Positions 13,101 to 26,890 of a stretch of 64,000 bases of DNA are shown here, piece by piece. Position 1 is the first letter of the stretch, and each line of letters begins with the position of its first letter. The notes beneath the pieces were generated by a model that saw only the letters and a program-made list of their open reading frames with translations, was not told the origin of the DNA and did no database searches. The stretch lies in the NCBI GenBank assembly GCA_964016885.1, contig CAXHJY010001472.1, forward strand, positions 930,001-994,000, read 5' to 3'. Origin of the DNA: Eledone cirrhosa. Taxonomy: Eukaryota. A program made the translations under genes and the position numbers.

Positions 13101-16100
13101 TCCCTTGGACGGCTGGAAATTATCTCCCCTTGAATTTTTTTTACAAATTATCTTCCCCTGATTTTTTTTTTTACAAATTATCTCCCCCTGATTTTTTTTA
13201 ACAAATTATCTCCCCTTGGACGGCTGGAAATTATCTCCCCTTGGACGGCTGGAAATTATCTCCCCTTGGACGGCTAGAAATTACCTCTCCTTGGACGGCT
13301 GAAAATTATCTCCCCTTGGACGGCTGCAAATTATCTCCCCTTGATTTTTTTTACAAATTATCTCCCCTTGATTTTTTTTACAAATTATCTCCCCCTGATT
13401 TTTTTTACAAATTATCTTCCCTTGGACGGCTGGAAATTATCTCCCCTTGGAAGGATGGAAATTATCTCCCCTTGGACGGCTGGAAATTATCTCCCCTTGC
13501 ACGGCTGGAAATTATCTCCCCTTGGACAGCTGGAAATTATCTGCCCTTGATTTTGTTTTTACAAATTATCTCCCCCTGATTTTTTTTACAAATTATCTCC
13601 ACCTGATTTTTTTAAAAATTATCTCCCCTTGGACGGCTGGAAATTATCTCCCCTTGGCTGGAAATTATCTCCCCTTGGACGGCTAGAAATTATCTCTCTT
13701 TGGACGGCTGGAAATTATCTCCCTTTGATTTTTTTAACAAATTATCTCCCTCTGATTTTTTTTACAAATCTCCCCCTGATTTTTTTAAAAAAATTATCTC
13801 CCCTTCGCTGGCTGGAAATTATCTCCCCTTGGACACTGGAAATTATAGCCCCCTGGAGGGCTGGAAATTATCTTCCCTTGGACAGCTGGAAATTATCTCC
13901 CCTTGATTTTTTTTACAAATTATCTCCCCCTGATTTTTTTTTACAAATTATCTCCCCCTGATTTTTTTTACAAATTATCTCCCCCTGATTTTTTTTTACA
14001 AATTATCTCCCCCTGATATTTTTTTTACAAATTATCTCCGCCTGATTTTTAAAAAAAAATTATCTCCCCTTGGACGGCTGGAAATTATCTCCCCTTGGAC
14101 GGCTGGAAATTATCTCCCCTTGGACGGCTAGAAATTACCTCTCCTTGGACGGCTGAAAATTATCTCCCCTTGGACGGCTGCAAATTATCTCCCCTTGATT
14201 TTTTTTACAAATTATCTCCCCCTGATTTTTTTTTTACAAATTATCTCCCCCTGATTTTTTTTTTACAAATCTCCGCCTGATTTTTAAAAAAAATTATCTC
14301 CCCTTGGACGGCTGGAAATTATCTCCCCTTGGACGGCTGGAAATTATCTTCCCTTGGACGGCTAGAAATTACCTCTCCTTGGACGGCTGAAAATTATCTC
14401 CCCTTGGACGGCTGGAAATTATCTCCCCTTGATTTTTTTACAAATTATCTGCCCCTGATTTTTTTTTTACAAATTATCTCCCCCTGATTTTTTTAAAAAT
14501 GATCTCCCCTTGGACGGCTGGAAATGATCTCCCCTTGGCTGGTTGGAAATTATCTCCCCTTGGACCGCTAGAAATAATCTCTCCTTGGACGGCTGGAAAT
14601 TATCTCCCCTTGATTTTTTTTACAAATCTCCCCCTAATTTAAAAAAAAATTATCTCCCCTTCGCTGGCTGGAAATTATCTCCCTTTGGACGGCTGGAAAT
14701 TATAGCCCCTTGTAGGGCTGGAAATTATCTCCCCTTGGACGGCTGGAAATTATCTCCCCTTGATTTTCTTTACAAATTATCTCCCCCTGACTTTTTTAAA
14801 AATGATCTCCCCTTGGACGGCTGGAAATGATCTCCCCTTGGCTGGTTGGAAATTTTCTCCCCTTGGACCGCTAGAAATTATCTCTCCTTGGACGGCTGGA
14901 AATTATCTCCCCTTGATTTTTTTACAAATTATCTCCCCCTGATTTTTTTTACAAATCTCCCCCTGATTTTTTTAAAAAAATTATCTCCCCTTCGCTGACT
15001 GGAAATTATCTCCCCTTGGACACTGGAAATTATAGCCCCCTGGAGGGCTGGAAATTATCTTCCCTTGGACGGCTGGAAATTATCTCCCCTTGATTTTTTT
15101 TACAAATTATCTCCCCCTGATTTTTTTTTTACAAATTATCTCCCCCTGATTTTTTTTACAAATTATCTCCCCCTGATTTTTTTACAAATTATCTCCGCCT
15201 GATTTTTTTAAAAATTATCTTCCCTTGGCTGGCGGGAAATTATCTCCCCTTGGACGGCTGGAAATTATCTCCCCTTGGAAGGATGGAAATTATCTCCCCT
15301 TGGACAGCTGGAAATTATCTCCCCTTGGACGGCTGAAAATTATCTCCCCTTGATTTTTTTTTACAAATTATCTCCCCCTGATTTTTTTTTACAAATTATC
15401 TCCCCCTGATTTTTTTTTTACAAATTATCTCTCCCTGATTTTTTTTTACAAATATCTCCCCTTGGCTGGCTGGAAATTATCTCCCCTTGGACGGTTGGAA
15501 ATTATCTCCCCTTGGACGGCTGGAAATTATCTCCCCTTGGACGGCTGGAAATTATCTCCTCTTGGACGGCTGGAAATTATCTCCCCTTGGACGGCTGGAA
15601 ATTATCTGCCCTTGATTTTTTTTTACAAATTATCTCCCCCTGATTTTTTTAAAAATGATCTCCCCTTGGACGGCTGGAAATGATCTCCCCTTGGCTGGTT
15701 GGAAATTATCTCCCCTTGGACCGCTAGAAATTATCTCTCCTTGGACGGCTGGAAATTATCTCCCCTTGATTTTTTTACAAATTATCTCGTCCTGATTTTT
15801 TTTACAAATCTCCCAGTGATTTTTAAAATAAAATTATCTCCCCTTCGCTGGCTGGAAATTATCTCACCTTGGACGCTGGAAATTATAGCCCCTTGGAGGG
15901 CTGGAAATTATCTTCACTTGGACGGCTGGAAATTATCTCCCCTTGATTTTTTTTACAAATTATCTCCCCCTGATTTTTTTTTACAAATTATCTCCCCCGG
16001 ATTTTTTTTTATAAATTATCTCCCCCTGATTTTTTTTAACAAATTATCTCCGCCTGATTTTTTAAAAAAAATTATCTCCCCTTAGACGGCTGGAAATTAT

Positions 16101-17843
16101 CTCCCCTTGGACGGCTGGAAATTATCTCCCCTTGGACGGCTAGAAATTGGACGGCTGAAAATTATCTCCCCTTGGACGGCTGCAAATTATCTCCCCTTGA
16201 TTTTTTTTACAAATTATCTCCCCCTGATTTTTTTTTACAAATTATCTCCCCCTGATTTTTTTTTACAAATTATCTCCCCCTGATTTTTTTTTACAAATTA
16301 TCTACCCCTGATTTTTTTTTACAAATTATCTCCCCCTGATTTTTTTTTACAAATTATCTCCCCCTGATTTTTTTTTACAAATTATCTCCCCCTGATTTTT
16401 TTTTTACAAATTATCTCCCCCTGATTTTTTTACAAATTATCTCCCCCTGATTTTTTTTACAATCTCCGCCTGATTTTTTAAAAAATGATCTCCCCTTGGA
16501 CGGCTGGAAATGATCTCCCCTTGGCTGGTTGGAAATTATCTCCCCTTGGACCGCTAGAAATTATCTCTCCTTGGACGGCTGGAAATTATCTCCCCTTGAT
16601 TTTTTTACAAATTATCTCCCCCTGATTTTTTTTACAAATCTCCCAGTGATTTTTAAAAAAAAATTATCTCCCCTTCGCTGGCTGGAAATTATCTCCCCTT
16701 GGACGCTGGAAATTATAGCCCCCTTGGAGGGCTGGAAATTATCTTCCCTTGGACGGCTGGAAATTATCTCCCCTTGATTTTTTTACAAATTATCTCCCCC
16801 TGATTTTTTTTTACAAATTATCTCCGCCTGATTTTTAAAAAAAAATTATCTCCCCTTGGACGGCTGGAATTATCTCCCCTTGGACGGCTGGAAATTATCT
16901 CCCCTTGGACGGCTAGAAATTACCTCTCCTTGGACGGCTGAAAATTATCTCCCCTTGGACGGCTGCAAATTATCTCCCCTTGATTTTTTTTACAAATTAT
17001 CTCCCCCTGATTTTTTTTTACAAATTATCTACCCCTGATTTTTTTTACAAATTATCTCCCCCTGATTTTTTTTTACAAATTATCTCCCCCTGATTTTTTT
17101 TTACAAATTATCTCCCCCTGATTTTTTTACAAATTATCTCCCCCTGATTTTTTTTACAATCTCCGCCTGATTTTTTAAAAAATAATCTTCCCTTGGCTGG
17201 CGGGAAATTATCTCCCCTTGGACGGCTGGAAATTATCTCCCCTTGGAAGGATAGAAATTATCTCCCCTTGGACGGCTGGAAATTATCTCCCCTTGCACGG
17301 CTGGAAATTATCTCCCCTTGGACAGCTGGAAATTATCTGCCCTTGATTTTGTTTTTACAAATTATCTCCCCCTGATTTTTTTTACAAATTATCTCCACCT
17401 GATTTTTTAAAAAATTATCTCCCCTTGGACGGCTGGAAATTATCTCCCCTTGGCTGGAAATTATCTCCCCTTGGACGGCTAGAAATTATCTCTCTTTGGA
17501 CGGCTGGAAATTATCTCCCTTTGATTTTTTTTACAAATTATCTCCCTCTGATTTTTTTTACAAATCTCCCCCTGATTTTTAAAAAAAAATTATCTCCCCT
17601 TCGCTGGCTGGAAATTATCTCCCCTTGGACACTGGAAATTATAGCCCCTTGGAGGGCTGGAAATTATCTTCCCTTGGACGGCTGGAAATTATCTCCCCTT
17701 GATTTTTTTTACAAATTATCTCCCCCTGATATTTTTTTTACAAATTATCTCCCCCTGATTTTTTTACAAATTATCTCCCCCTGATTTTTTTTACAAATTA
17801 TCTCCGCCTGATTTTTTTAAATATTATCTTCCCTTGGCTGGCG
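1157..17843. repeat. 8.33-kb tandem duplication (1157-9486 and 9487-17843)
   Basis: ORF offset is 8330 from 1379/9709 to 6430/14760, then 8329 (1-bp T indel), then 8357 (one extra 28-bp B monomer). Flanking variants place the junction within 9487-9509. Confidence 0.9.
2750..3050. repeat. Longest type-B block (10 B monomers plus linker); landmark recurring about 12 times
   Basis: The T-tract series 8,9,9,9,9,9,9,10,7,8 then T6A6 recurs near 7.86, 11.08, 16.19, 23.35, 30.05, 33.28, 39.36, 44.38, 53.68, 58.71 (one monomer shorter) and 62.56 kb. Confidence 0.85.
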
Positions 17844-20800
17844 GGAAATTATCTCCCCTTGGACGGTTGGAAATTATCTCCCCTTGCACTGCTGGAAATT
17901 ATCTCCCCTTGGACGGCTGGAAATTATCTCCCCTTGCACGGCTGGAAATTATCATCCCCTTGGACGGCTGAAAATTATCTCCCCTTGATTTTTTTTTACA
18001 AATTATCTGCCCCTGATTTTTTTTTACAAATTATCTCCCCCTGATTTTTTTTACAAATTATCTCCGCCTGATTTTTAAAAAAAAATTATCTCCCCTTAGA
18101 CGGCTGGAAATTATCTCCCCTTGGACGGCTGGAAATTATCTCCCCTTGGACGGCTAGAAATTGGACGGCTGAAAATTATCTCCCCTTGGACGGCTGCAAA
18201 TTATCTCCCCTTGATTTTTTTTACAAATTATCTCCCCCTGATTTTTTTTTACAAATTATCTCCCCCTGATTTTTTTTTTACAAATTATCTCCCCCTGATT
18301 TTTTTACAAATTATCTCCCCCTGATTTTTTTTACAATCTCCGCCTGATTTTTTAAAAAATTATCTTCCCTTGGCTGGCGGGAAATTATCTCCCCTTGGAC
18401 GGCTGGAAATTATCTCCCCTTGGCTGGAAATTATCTCCCCTTGGACACTGGAAATTATAGCCCCTTGGAGGGCTGGAAATTATCTTCCCTTGGACGGCTG
18501 GAAATTATCTCCCCTTGATTTTTTTACAAATTATCTGCCCCTGATTTTTTTTTACAAATTATCTCCCCCTGATTTTTTTTTACAAATTATCTACCCCTGA
18601 TTTTTTTTACAAATTATCTCCCCCTGATTTTTTTTTTACAAATTATCTCCCCCTGATTTTTTTAAAAATGATCTCCCCTTGGACGGCTGGAAATGATCTC
18701 CCCTTGGCTGGTTGGAAATTATCTCCCCTTGGACCGCTAGAAATTATCTCTCCTTGGACGGCTGGAAATTATTTCCCCTTGATTTTTTTTACAAATCTCC
18801 CCCTAATTTAAAAAAAAATTATCTCCCCTTCGCTGGCTGGAAATTATCTCCCTTTGGACGGCTGGAAATTATAGCCCCTTGTAGGGCTGGAAATTATCTC
18901 CCCTTGGACGGCTGGAAATTATCTCCCCTTGATTTTTTTTACAAATTATCTCCCCCTGATTTTTTTAAAAATGACCTCCCCTTGGACGGCTGGAAATGAT
19001 CTCCCCTTGGCTGGTTGGAAATTATCTCCCCTTGGACCGCTAGAAATTATCTCTCCTTGGATGGCTGGAAATTATCTCCCCTTGATTTTTCTACAAATTA
19101 TCTCCCCCTGATTTTTTTTACAAATCTCCCAGTGATTTTTAAAAAAAATTTTCTCCCCTTCGCTGGCTGGAAATTATCTCCCCTTGGACGCTGGAAATTA
19201 TAGCCCCTTGGAAGGCTGGAAATTATCTTCCCTTGGACGGCTGGAAATTATCTCCCCTTGATTTTTTTTTACAAATTATCTCCCCCTGATTTTTTTTTTA
19301 CAAATTATCTCCCCCTGATTTTTTTTAACAAATTATCTCCGCCTGATTTTTTTAAAAAAATTATCTCCCCTTGGACGGCTGGAAATTATCTCCCCTTGGA
19401 CGGCTGGAAATTATCTCCCCTTGGACGGCTAGAAATTACCTCTCCTTGGACGGCTGAAAATTATCTCCCCTTGGACGGCTGCAAATTATCTCCCGTTGAT
19501 TTTTTTTACAAATTATCTCCCCTTGATTTTTTTTTATAAATTATCTCCCCCTGATTTTTTTTACAAATTATCTTCCCTTGGACGGCTGGAAATTATCTCC
19601 CCTTGGAAGGATGGAAATTATCTCCCCTTGGACGGCTGGAAATTATCTCCCCTTGCACGGCTGGAAATTATCTCCCCTTGGACAGCTGGAAATTATCTGC
19701 CCTTGATTTTTTTTTACAAATTATCTCCCCCTGATTTTTTTTTACAAATTATCTCCCCCTGATTTTTTTTTTACAAATTATCTCCGCCTGATTTTTTTTT
19801 AAATTATCTCCCCTTGGACGGCTGGAAATTATCTCCCCTTGGACGGCTGGAAATTATCTTCCCTTGGACGGCTAGAAATTACCTCTCCTTGGACGGCTGA
19901 AAATTATCTCCCCTTGGACGGCTGGAAATTATCTCCCCTTGATTTTTTTACAAATTATCTGCCCCTGATTTTTTTTTACAAATTATCTCCCCCTGATTTT
20001 TTTTTACAAATTATCTCCCCCTGATTTTTTTTTACTAATTATCTCCCCCTGATTTTTTTTTTACAAATTATCTCCCCCTGATTTTTTTACAAATTATCTC
20101 GCCCTGATTTTTTTTACAATCTCCGCCTGATTTTTAAAAAAATTATCTTCCCTTGGCTGGCGGGAAATTATCTCCCCTTGGACGGCTGGAAATTATCTCC
20201 CCTTGGCTGGAAATTATCTCCCCTTGGACACTGGAAATTATAGCCCCTTGGAGGGCTGGAAATTATCTTCCCTTGGACGGCTGGAAATTATCTCCTCTTG
20301 ATTTTTTTACAAATTATCTGCCCCTGATTTTTTTTTTACAAATTATCTCCCCCTGATTTTTTTTTACAAATTATCTACCCCTGATTTTTTTTACAAATTA
20401 TCTCCCCCTGATTTTTTTTTTACAAATTATCTCCCCCTGATTTTTTTAAAAATGATCTCCCCTTGGACGGCTGGAAATGATCTCCCCTTGGCTGGTTGGA
20501 AATTATCTCCCCTTGGACCGCTAGAAATTATCTCTCCTTGGACGGCTGGAAATTATTTCCCCTTGATTTTTTTTACAAATCTCCCCCTAATTTAAAAAAA
20601 AATTATCTCCCCTTCGCTGGCTGGAAATTATCTCCCTTTGGACGGCTGGAAATTATAGCCCCTTGTAGGGCTGGAAATTATCTCCCCTTGGACGGCTGGA
20701 AATTATCTCCCCTTGATTTTTTTTACAAATTATCTCCACCTGATTTTTTTAAAAATGATCTCTCCTTGGACGGCTGGAAATTATCTCCCCTTGATTTTTT

Positions 20801-23800
20801 TACAAATTATCTCGTCCTGATTTTTTTTACAAATCTCCCAGTGATTTTTAAAAAAAAATTATCTCCCCTTCGCTGGCTGGAAATTATCTCACCTTGGACG
20901 CTGGAAATTATAGCCCCTTGGAGGGCTGGAAATTATCTTCACTTGGACGGCTGGAAATTATCTCCCCTTGATTTTTTTTACAAATTATCTCCCCCTGATT
21001 TTTTTTTACAAATTATCTCCCCCGGATTTTTTTTTATAAATTATCTCCCCCTGATTTTTTTTAACAAATTATCTCCGCCTGATTTTTAAAAAAAAATTAT
21101 CTCCCCTTAGACGGCTGGAAATTATCTCCCCTTGGACGGCTGGAAATTATCTCCCCTTGGACGGCTAGAAATTGGACGGCTGAAAATTATCTCCCCTTGG
21201 ACGGCTGCAAATTATCTCCCCTTGATTTTTCTACAAATTATCTCCCCCTGATTTTTTTTACAAATCTCCCAGTGATTTTTAAAAAAAATTTTCTCCCCTT
21301 CGCTGGCTGGAAATTATCTCCCCTTGGACGCTGGAAATTATAGCCCCTTGGAAGGCTGGAAATTATCTTCCCTTGGACGGCTGGAAATTATCTCCCCTTG
21401 ATTTTTTTTTACAAATTATCTCCCCCTGATTTTTTTTTTACAAATTATCTCCCCCTGATTTTTTTTAACAAATTATCTCCGCCTGATTTTTTTAAAAAAA
21501 TTATCTCCCCTTGGACGGCTGGAAATTATCTCCCCTTGGACGGCTGGAAATTATCTCCCCTTGGACGGCTAGAAATTACCTCTCCTTGGACGGCTGAAAA
21601 TTATCTCCCCTTGGACGGCTGCAAATTATCTCCCGTTGATTTTTTTTACAAATTATCTCCCCTTGATTTTTTTTTATAAATTATCTCCCCCTGATTTTTT
21701 TTACAAATTATCTTCCCTTGGACGGCTGGAAATTATCTCCCCTTGGAAGGATGGAAATTATCTCCCCTTGGACGGCTGGAAATTATCTCCCCTTGCACGG
21801 CTGGAAATTATCTCCCCTTGGACAGCTGGAAATTATCTGCCCTTGATTTTTTTTTACAAATTATCTCCCCCTGATTTTTTTTTACAAATTATCTCCCCCT
21901 GATTTTTTTTTTACAAATTATCTCCGCCTGATTTTTTTTTAAATTATCTCCCCTTGGACGGCTGGAAATTATCTCCCCTTGGACGGCTGGAAATTATCTT
22001 CCCTTGGACGGCTAGAAATTACCTCTCCTTGGACGGCTGAAAATTATCTCCCCTTGGACGGCTGGAAATTATCTCCCCTTGATTTTTTTACAAATTATCT
22101 GCCCCTGATTTTTTTTTACAAATTATCTCCCCCTGATTTTTTTTTACAAATTATCTCCCCCTGATTTTTTTTTACTAATTATCTCCCCCTGATTTTTTTT
22201 TTACAAATTATCTCCCCCTGATTTTTTTACAAATTATCTCGCCCTGATTTTTTTTACAATCTCCGCCTGATTTTTAAAAAAATTATCTTCCCTTGGCTGG
22301 CGGGAAATTATCTCCCCTTGGACGGCTGGAAATTATCTCCCCTTGGCTGGAAATTATCTCCCCTTGGACACTGGAAATTATAGCCCCTTGGAGGGCTGGA
22401 AATTATCTTCCCTTGGACGGCTGGAAATTATCTCCTCTTGATTTTTTTACAAATTATCTGCCCCTGATTTTTTTTTTACAAATTATCTCCCCCTGATTTT
22501 TTTTTACAAATTATCTACCCCTGATTTTTTTTACAAATTATCTCCCCCTGATTTTTTTTTTACAAATTATCTCCCCCTGATTTTTTTAAAAATGATCTCC
22601 CCTTGGACGGCTGGAAATGATCTCCCCTTGGCTGGTTGGAAATTATCTCCCCTTGGACCGCTAGAAATTATCTCTCCTTGGACGGCTGGAAATTATTTCC
22701 CCTTGATTTTTTTTACAAATCTCCCCCTAATTTAAAAAAAAATTATCTCCCCTTCGCTGGCTGGAAATTATCTCCCTTTGGACGGCTGGAAATTATAGCC
22801 CCTTGTAGGGCTGGAAATTATCTCCCCTTGGACGGCTGGAAATTATCTCCCCTTGATTTTTTTTACAAATTATCTCCACCTGATTTTTTTAAAAATGATC
22901 TCTCCTTGGACGGCTGGAAATTATCTCCCCTTGATTTTTTTACAAATTATCTCGTCCTGATTTTTTTTACAAATCTCCCAGTGATTTTTAAAAAAAAATT
23001 ATCTCCCCTTCGCTGGCTGGAAATTATCTCACCTTGGACGCTGGAAATTATAGCCCCTTGGAGGGCTGGAAATTATCTTCACTTGGACGGCTGGAAATTA
23101 TCTCCCCTTGATTTTTTTTACAAATTATCTCCCCCTGATTTTTTTTTACAAATTATCTCCCCCGGATTTTTTTTTATAAATTATCTCCCCCTGATTTTTT
23201 TTAACAAATTATCTCCGCCTGATTTTTAAAAAAAAATTATCTCCCCTTAGACGGCTGGAAATTATCTCCCCTTGGACGGCTGGAAATTATCTCCCCTTGG
23301 ACGGCTAGAAATTGGACGGCTGAAAATTATCTCCCCTTGGACGGCTGCAAATTATCTCCCCTTGATTTTTTTTACAAATTATCTCCCCCTGATTTTTTTT
23401 TACAAATTATCTCCCCCTGATTTTTTTTTACAAATTATCTCCCCCTGATTTTTTTTTACAAATTATCTACCCCTGATTTTTTTTTACAAATTATCTCCCC
23501 CTGATTTTTTTTTACAAATTATCTCCCCCTGATTTTTTTTTACAAATTATCTCCCCCTGATTTTTTTTTTACAAATTATCTCCCCCTGATTTTTTTACAA
23601 ATTATCTCCCCCTGATTTTTTTTACAATCTCCGCCTGATTTTTTAAAAAATGATCTCCCCTTGGACGGCTGGAAATGATCTCCCCTTGGCTGGTTGGAAA
23701 TTATCTCCCCTTGGAGCGCTAGAAATTATCTCTCCTTGGACGGCTGGAAATTATCTCCCCTTGATTTTTTTACAAATTATCTCCCCCTGATTTTTTTTAC

Positions 23801-26800
23801 AAATCTCCCAGTGATTTTTTAAAAAAAATTATCTCCCCTTCGCTGGCTGGAAATTATCTCCCCTTGGACGCTGGAAATTATAGCCCCCTTGGAGGGCTGG
23901 AAATTATCTTCCCTTGGACGGCTGGAAATTATCTCCCCTTGATTTTTTTTACAAATTATCTCCCCCTGATTTTTTTTTACAAATTATCTCCGCCTGATTT
24001 TTAAAAAAAATTATCTCCCCTTGGACGGCTGGAATTATCTCCACTTGGACGGCTGGAAATTATCTCCCCTTGGACGGCTAGAAATTACCTCTCCTTGGAC
24101 GGCTGAAAATTATCTCCCCTTGGACGGCTGCAAATTATCTCCCCTTGATTTTTTTTACAAATTATCTCCCCCTGATTTTTTTTTACAAATTATCTACCCC
24201 TGATTTTTTTTACAAATTATCTCCCCCTGATTTTTTTTTACAAATTATCTCCCCCTGATTTTTTTTTACAAATTATCTCCCCCTGATTTTTTTACAAATT
24301 ATCTCCCCCTGATTTTTTTTACAATCTCCGCCTGATTTTTTAAAAAATAATCTTCCCTTGGCTGGCGGGAAATTATCTCCCCTTGGACGGCTGGAAATTA
24401 TCTCCCCTTGGAAGGATAGAAATTATCTCCCCTTGGACGGCTGGAAATTATCTCCCCTTGCACGGCTGGAAATTATCTCCCCTTGGACAGCTGGAAATTA
24501 TCTGCCCTTGATTTTGTTTTTACAAATTATCTCCCCCTGATTTTTTTTACAAATTATCTCCACCTGATTTTTTAAAAAATTATCTCCCCTTGGACGGCTG
24601 GAAATTATCTCCCCTTGGCTGGAAATTATCTCCCCTTGGACGGCTAGAAATTATCTCTCTTTGGACGGCTGGAAATTATCTCCCTTTGATTTTTTTTACA
24701 AATTATCTCCCTCTGATTTTTTTTACAAATCTCCCCCTGATTTTTAAAAAAAAATTATCTCCCCTTCGCTGGCTGGAAATTATCTCCCCTTGGACACTGG
24801 AAATTATAGCCCCTTGGAGGGCTGGAAATTATCTTCCCTTGGACGGCTGGAAATTATCTCCCCTTGATTTTTTTTACAAATTATCTCCCCCTGATATTTT
24901 TTTTACAAATTATCTCCCCCTGATTTTTTTACAAATTATCTCCCCCTGATTTTTTTTACAAATTATCTCCGCCTGATTTTTTTAAATATTATCTTCCCTT
25001 GGCTGGCGGGAAATTATCTCCCCTTGGACGGTTGGAAATTATCTCCCCTTGCACTGCTGGAAATTATCTCCCCTTGGACGGCTGGAAATTATCTCCCCTT
25101 GATTTTTTTTTACAAATTATCTGCCCCTGATTTTTTTTTACAAATTATCTCCCCCTGATTTTTTTTTACAAATTATCTCCGCCTGATTTTTAAAAAAAAA
25201 TTATCTCCCCTTAGACGGCTGGAAATTATCTCCCCTTGGACGGCTGGAAATTATCTCCCCTTGGACGGCTAGAAATTGGACGGCTGAAAATTATCTCCCC
25301 TTGGACGGCTGCAAATTATCTCCCCTTGATTTTTTTTACAAATTATCTCCCCCTGATTTTTTTTTACAAATTATCTCCCCCTGATTTTTTTTTTACAAAT
25401 TATCTCCCCCTGATTTTTTTACAAATTATCTCCCCCTGATTTTTTTTACAATCTCCGCCTGATTTTTTAAAAAATTATCTTCCCTTGGCTGGCGGGAAAT
25501 TATCTCCCCTTGGACGGCTGGAAATTATCTTCCCTTGGCTGGAAATTATCTCCCCTTGGACACTGGAAATTATAGCCCCTTGGAGGGCTGGAAATTATCT
25601 TCCCTTGGACGGCTGGAAATTATCTCCCCTTGATTTTTTTACAAATTATCTGCCCCTGATTTTTTTTTACAAATTATCTCCCCCTGATTTTTTTTTACAA
25701 ATTATCTACCCCTGATTTTTTTTACAAATTATCTCCCCCTGATTTTTTTTTTACAAATTATCTCCCCCTGATTTTTTTAAAAATGATCTCCCCTTGGACG
25801 GCTGGAAATGATCTCCCCTTGGCTGGTTGGAAATTATCTCCCCTTGGACCGCTAGAAATTATCTCCCCTTGGACGGCTGGAAATTATCTCCCCTTGGTTG
25901 GAAATTATCTCCCCTTGGACGGCTAGAAATTATCTCTGTTTGGACGGCTGGAAATTATCTCCCTTTGATTTTTTTAACAAATTATCTCCCTCTGATTTTT
26001 TTTACAAATCTCCCCCTGATTTTTTTAAAAAAATTATCTCCCCTTCGCTGGCTGGAAATTATCTCCCCTTGGACACTGGAAATTATAGCCCCCTGGAGGG
26101 CTGGAAATTATCTTCCCTTGGACGGCTGGAAATTATCTCCCCTTGATTTTTTTTACAAATTATCTCCCCCTGATTTTTTTTTTACAAATTATCTCCCCCT
26201 GATTTTTTTTACAAATTATCTCCCCCTGATTTTTTTACAAATTATCTCCGCCTGATTTTTTTAAAAATTATCTTCCCTTGGCTGGCGGGAAATTATCTCC
26301 CCTTGGACGGCTGGAAATTATCTCCCCTTGGAAGGATGGAAATTATCTCCCCTTGGACAGCTGGAAATTATCTCCCCTTGGACGGCTGAAAATTATCTCC
26401 CCTTGATTTTTTTTTTACAAATTATCTCCCCCTGATTTTTTTTTACAAATTATCTCCCCCTGATTTTTTTTTTACAAATTATCTCTCCCTGATTTTTTTT
26501 TACAAATATCTCCCCTTGGCTGGCTGGAAATTATCTCCCCTTGGACGGTTGGAAATTATCTCCCCTTGGACGGCTGGAAATTATCTCCCCTTGGACGGCT
26601 GGAAATTATCTCCTCTTGGACGGCTGGAAATTATCTCCCCTTGGACGGCTGGAAATTATCTGCCCTTGATTTTTTTTTACAAATTATCTCCCCCTGATTT
26701 TTTTAAAAATGATCTCCCCTTGGACGGCTGGAAATGATCTCCCCTTGGCTGGTTGGAAATTATCTCCCCTTGGACCGCTAGAAATTATCTCTCCTTGGAC

Positions 26801-26890
26801 GGCTGGAAATTATCTCCCTTTGATTTTTTTACAAATTATCTCGTCCTGATTTTTTTTACAAATCTCCCAGTGATTTTTAAAAAAAAATTA
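4694..26890. repeat. Copy 1 (22,197 bp) of a large tandem higher-order repeat
   Basis: ORF offset is 22197 from 4911/27108 to 12887/35084. Rare variants shared with copy 2: GCCTCTGA (~6121/28318), AAAATAAAA (~15825/38995), GGAGCGCT (~23713/44743). Confidence 0.9.
19069..23348. repeat. 2,140-bp tandem duplication private to copy 1
   Basis: ORF offset is 2140 from 19258/21398 to 20496/22636. Both halves carry a private C>G (19495, 21635). Junction microhomology spans ~21209-21230. Confidence 0.93.
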
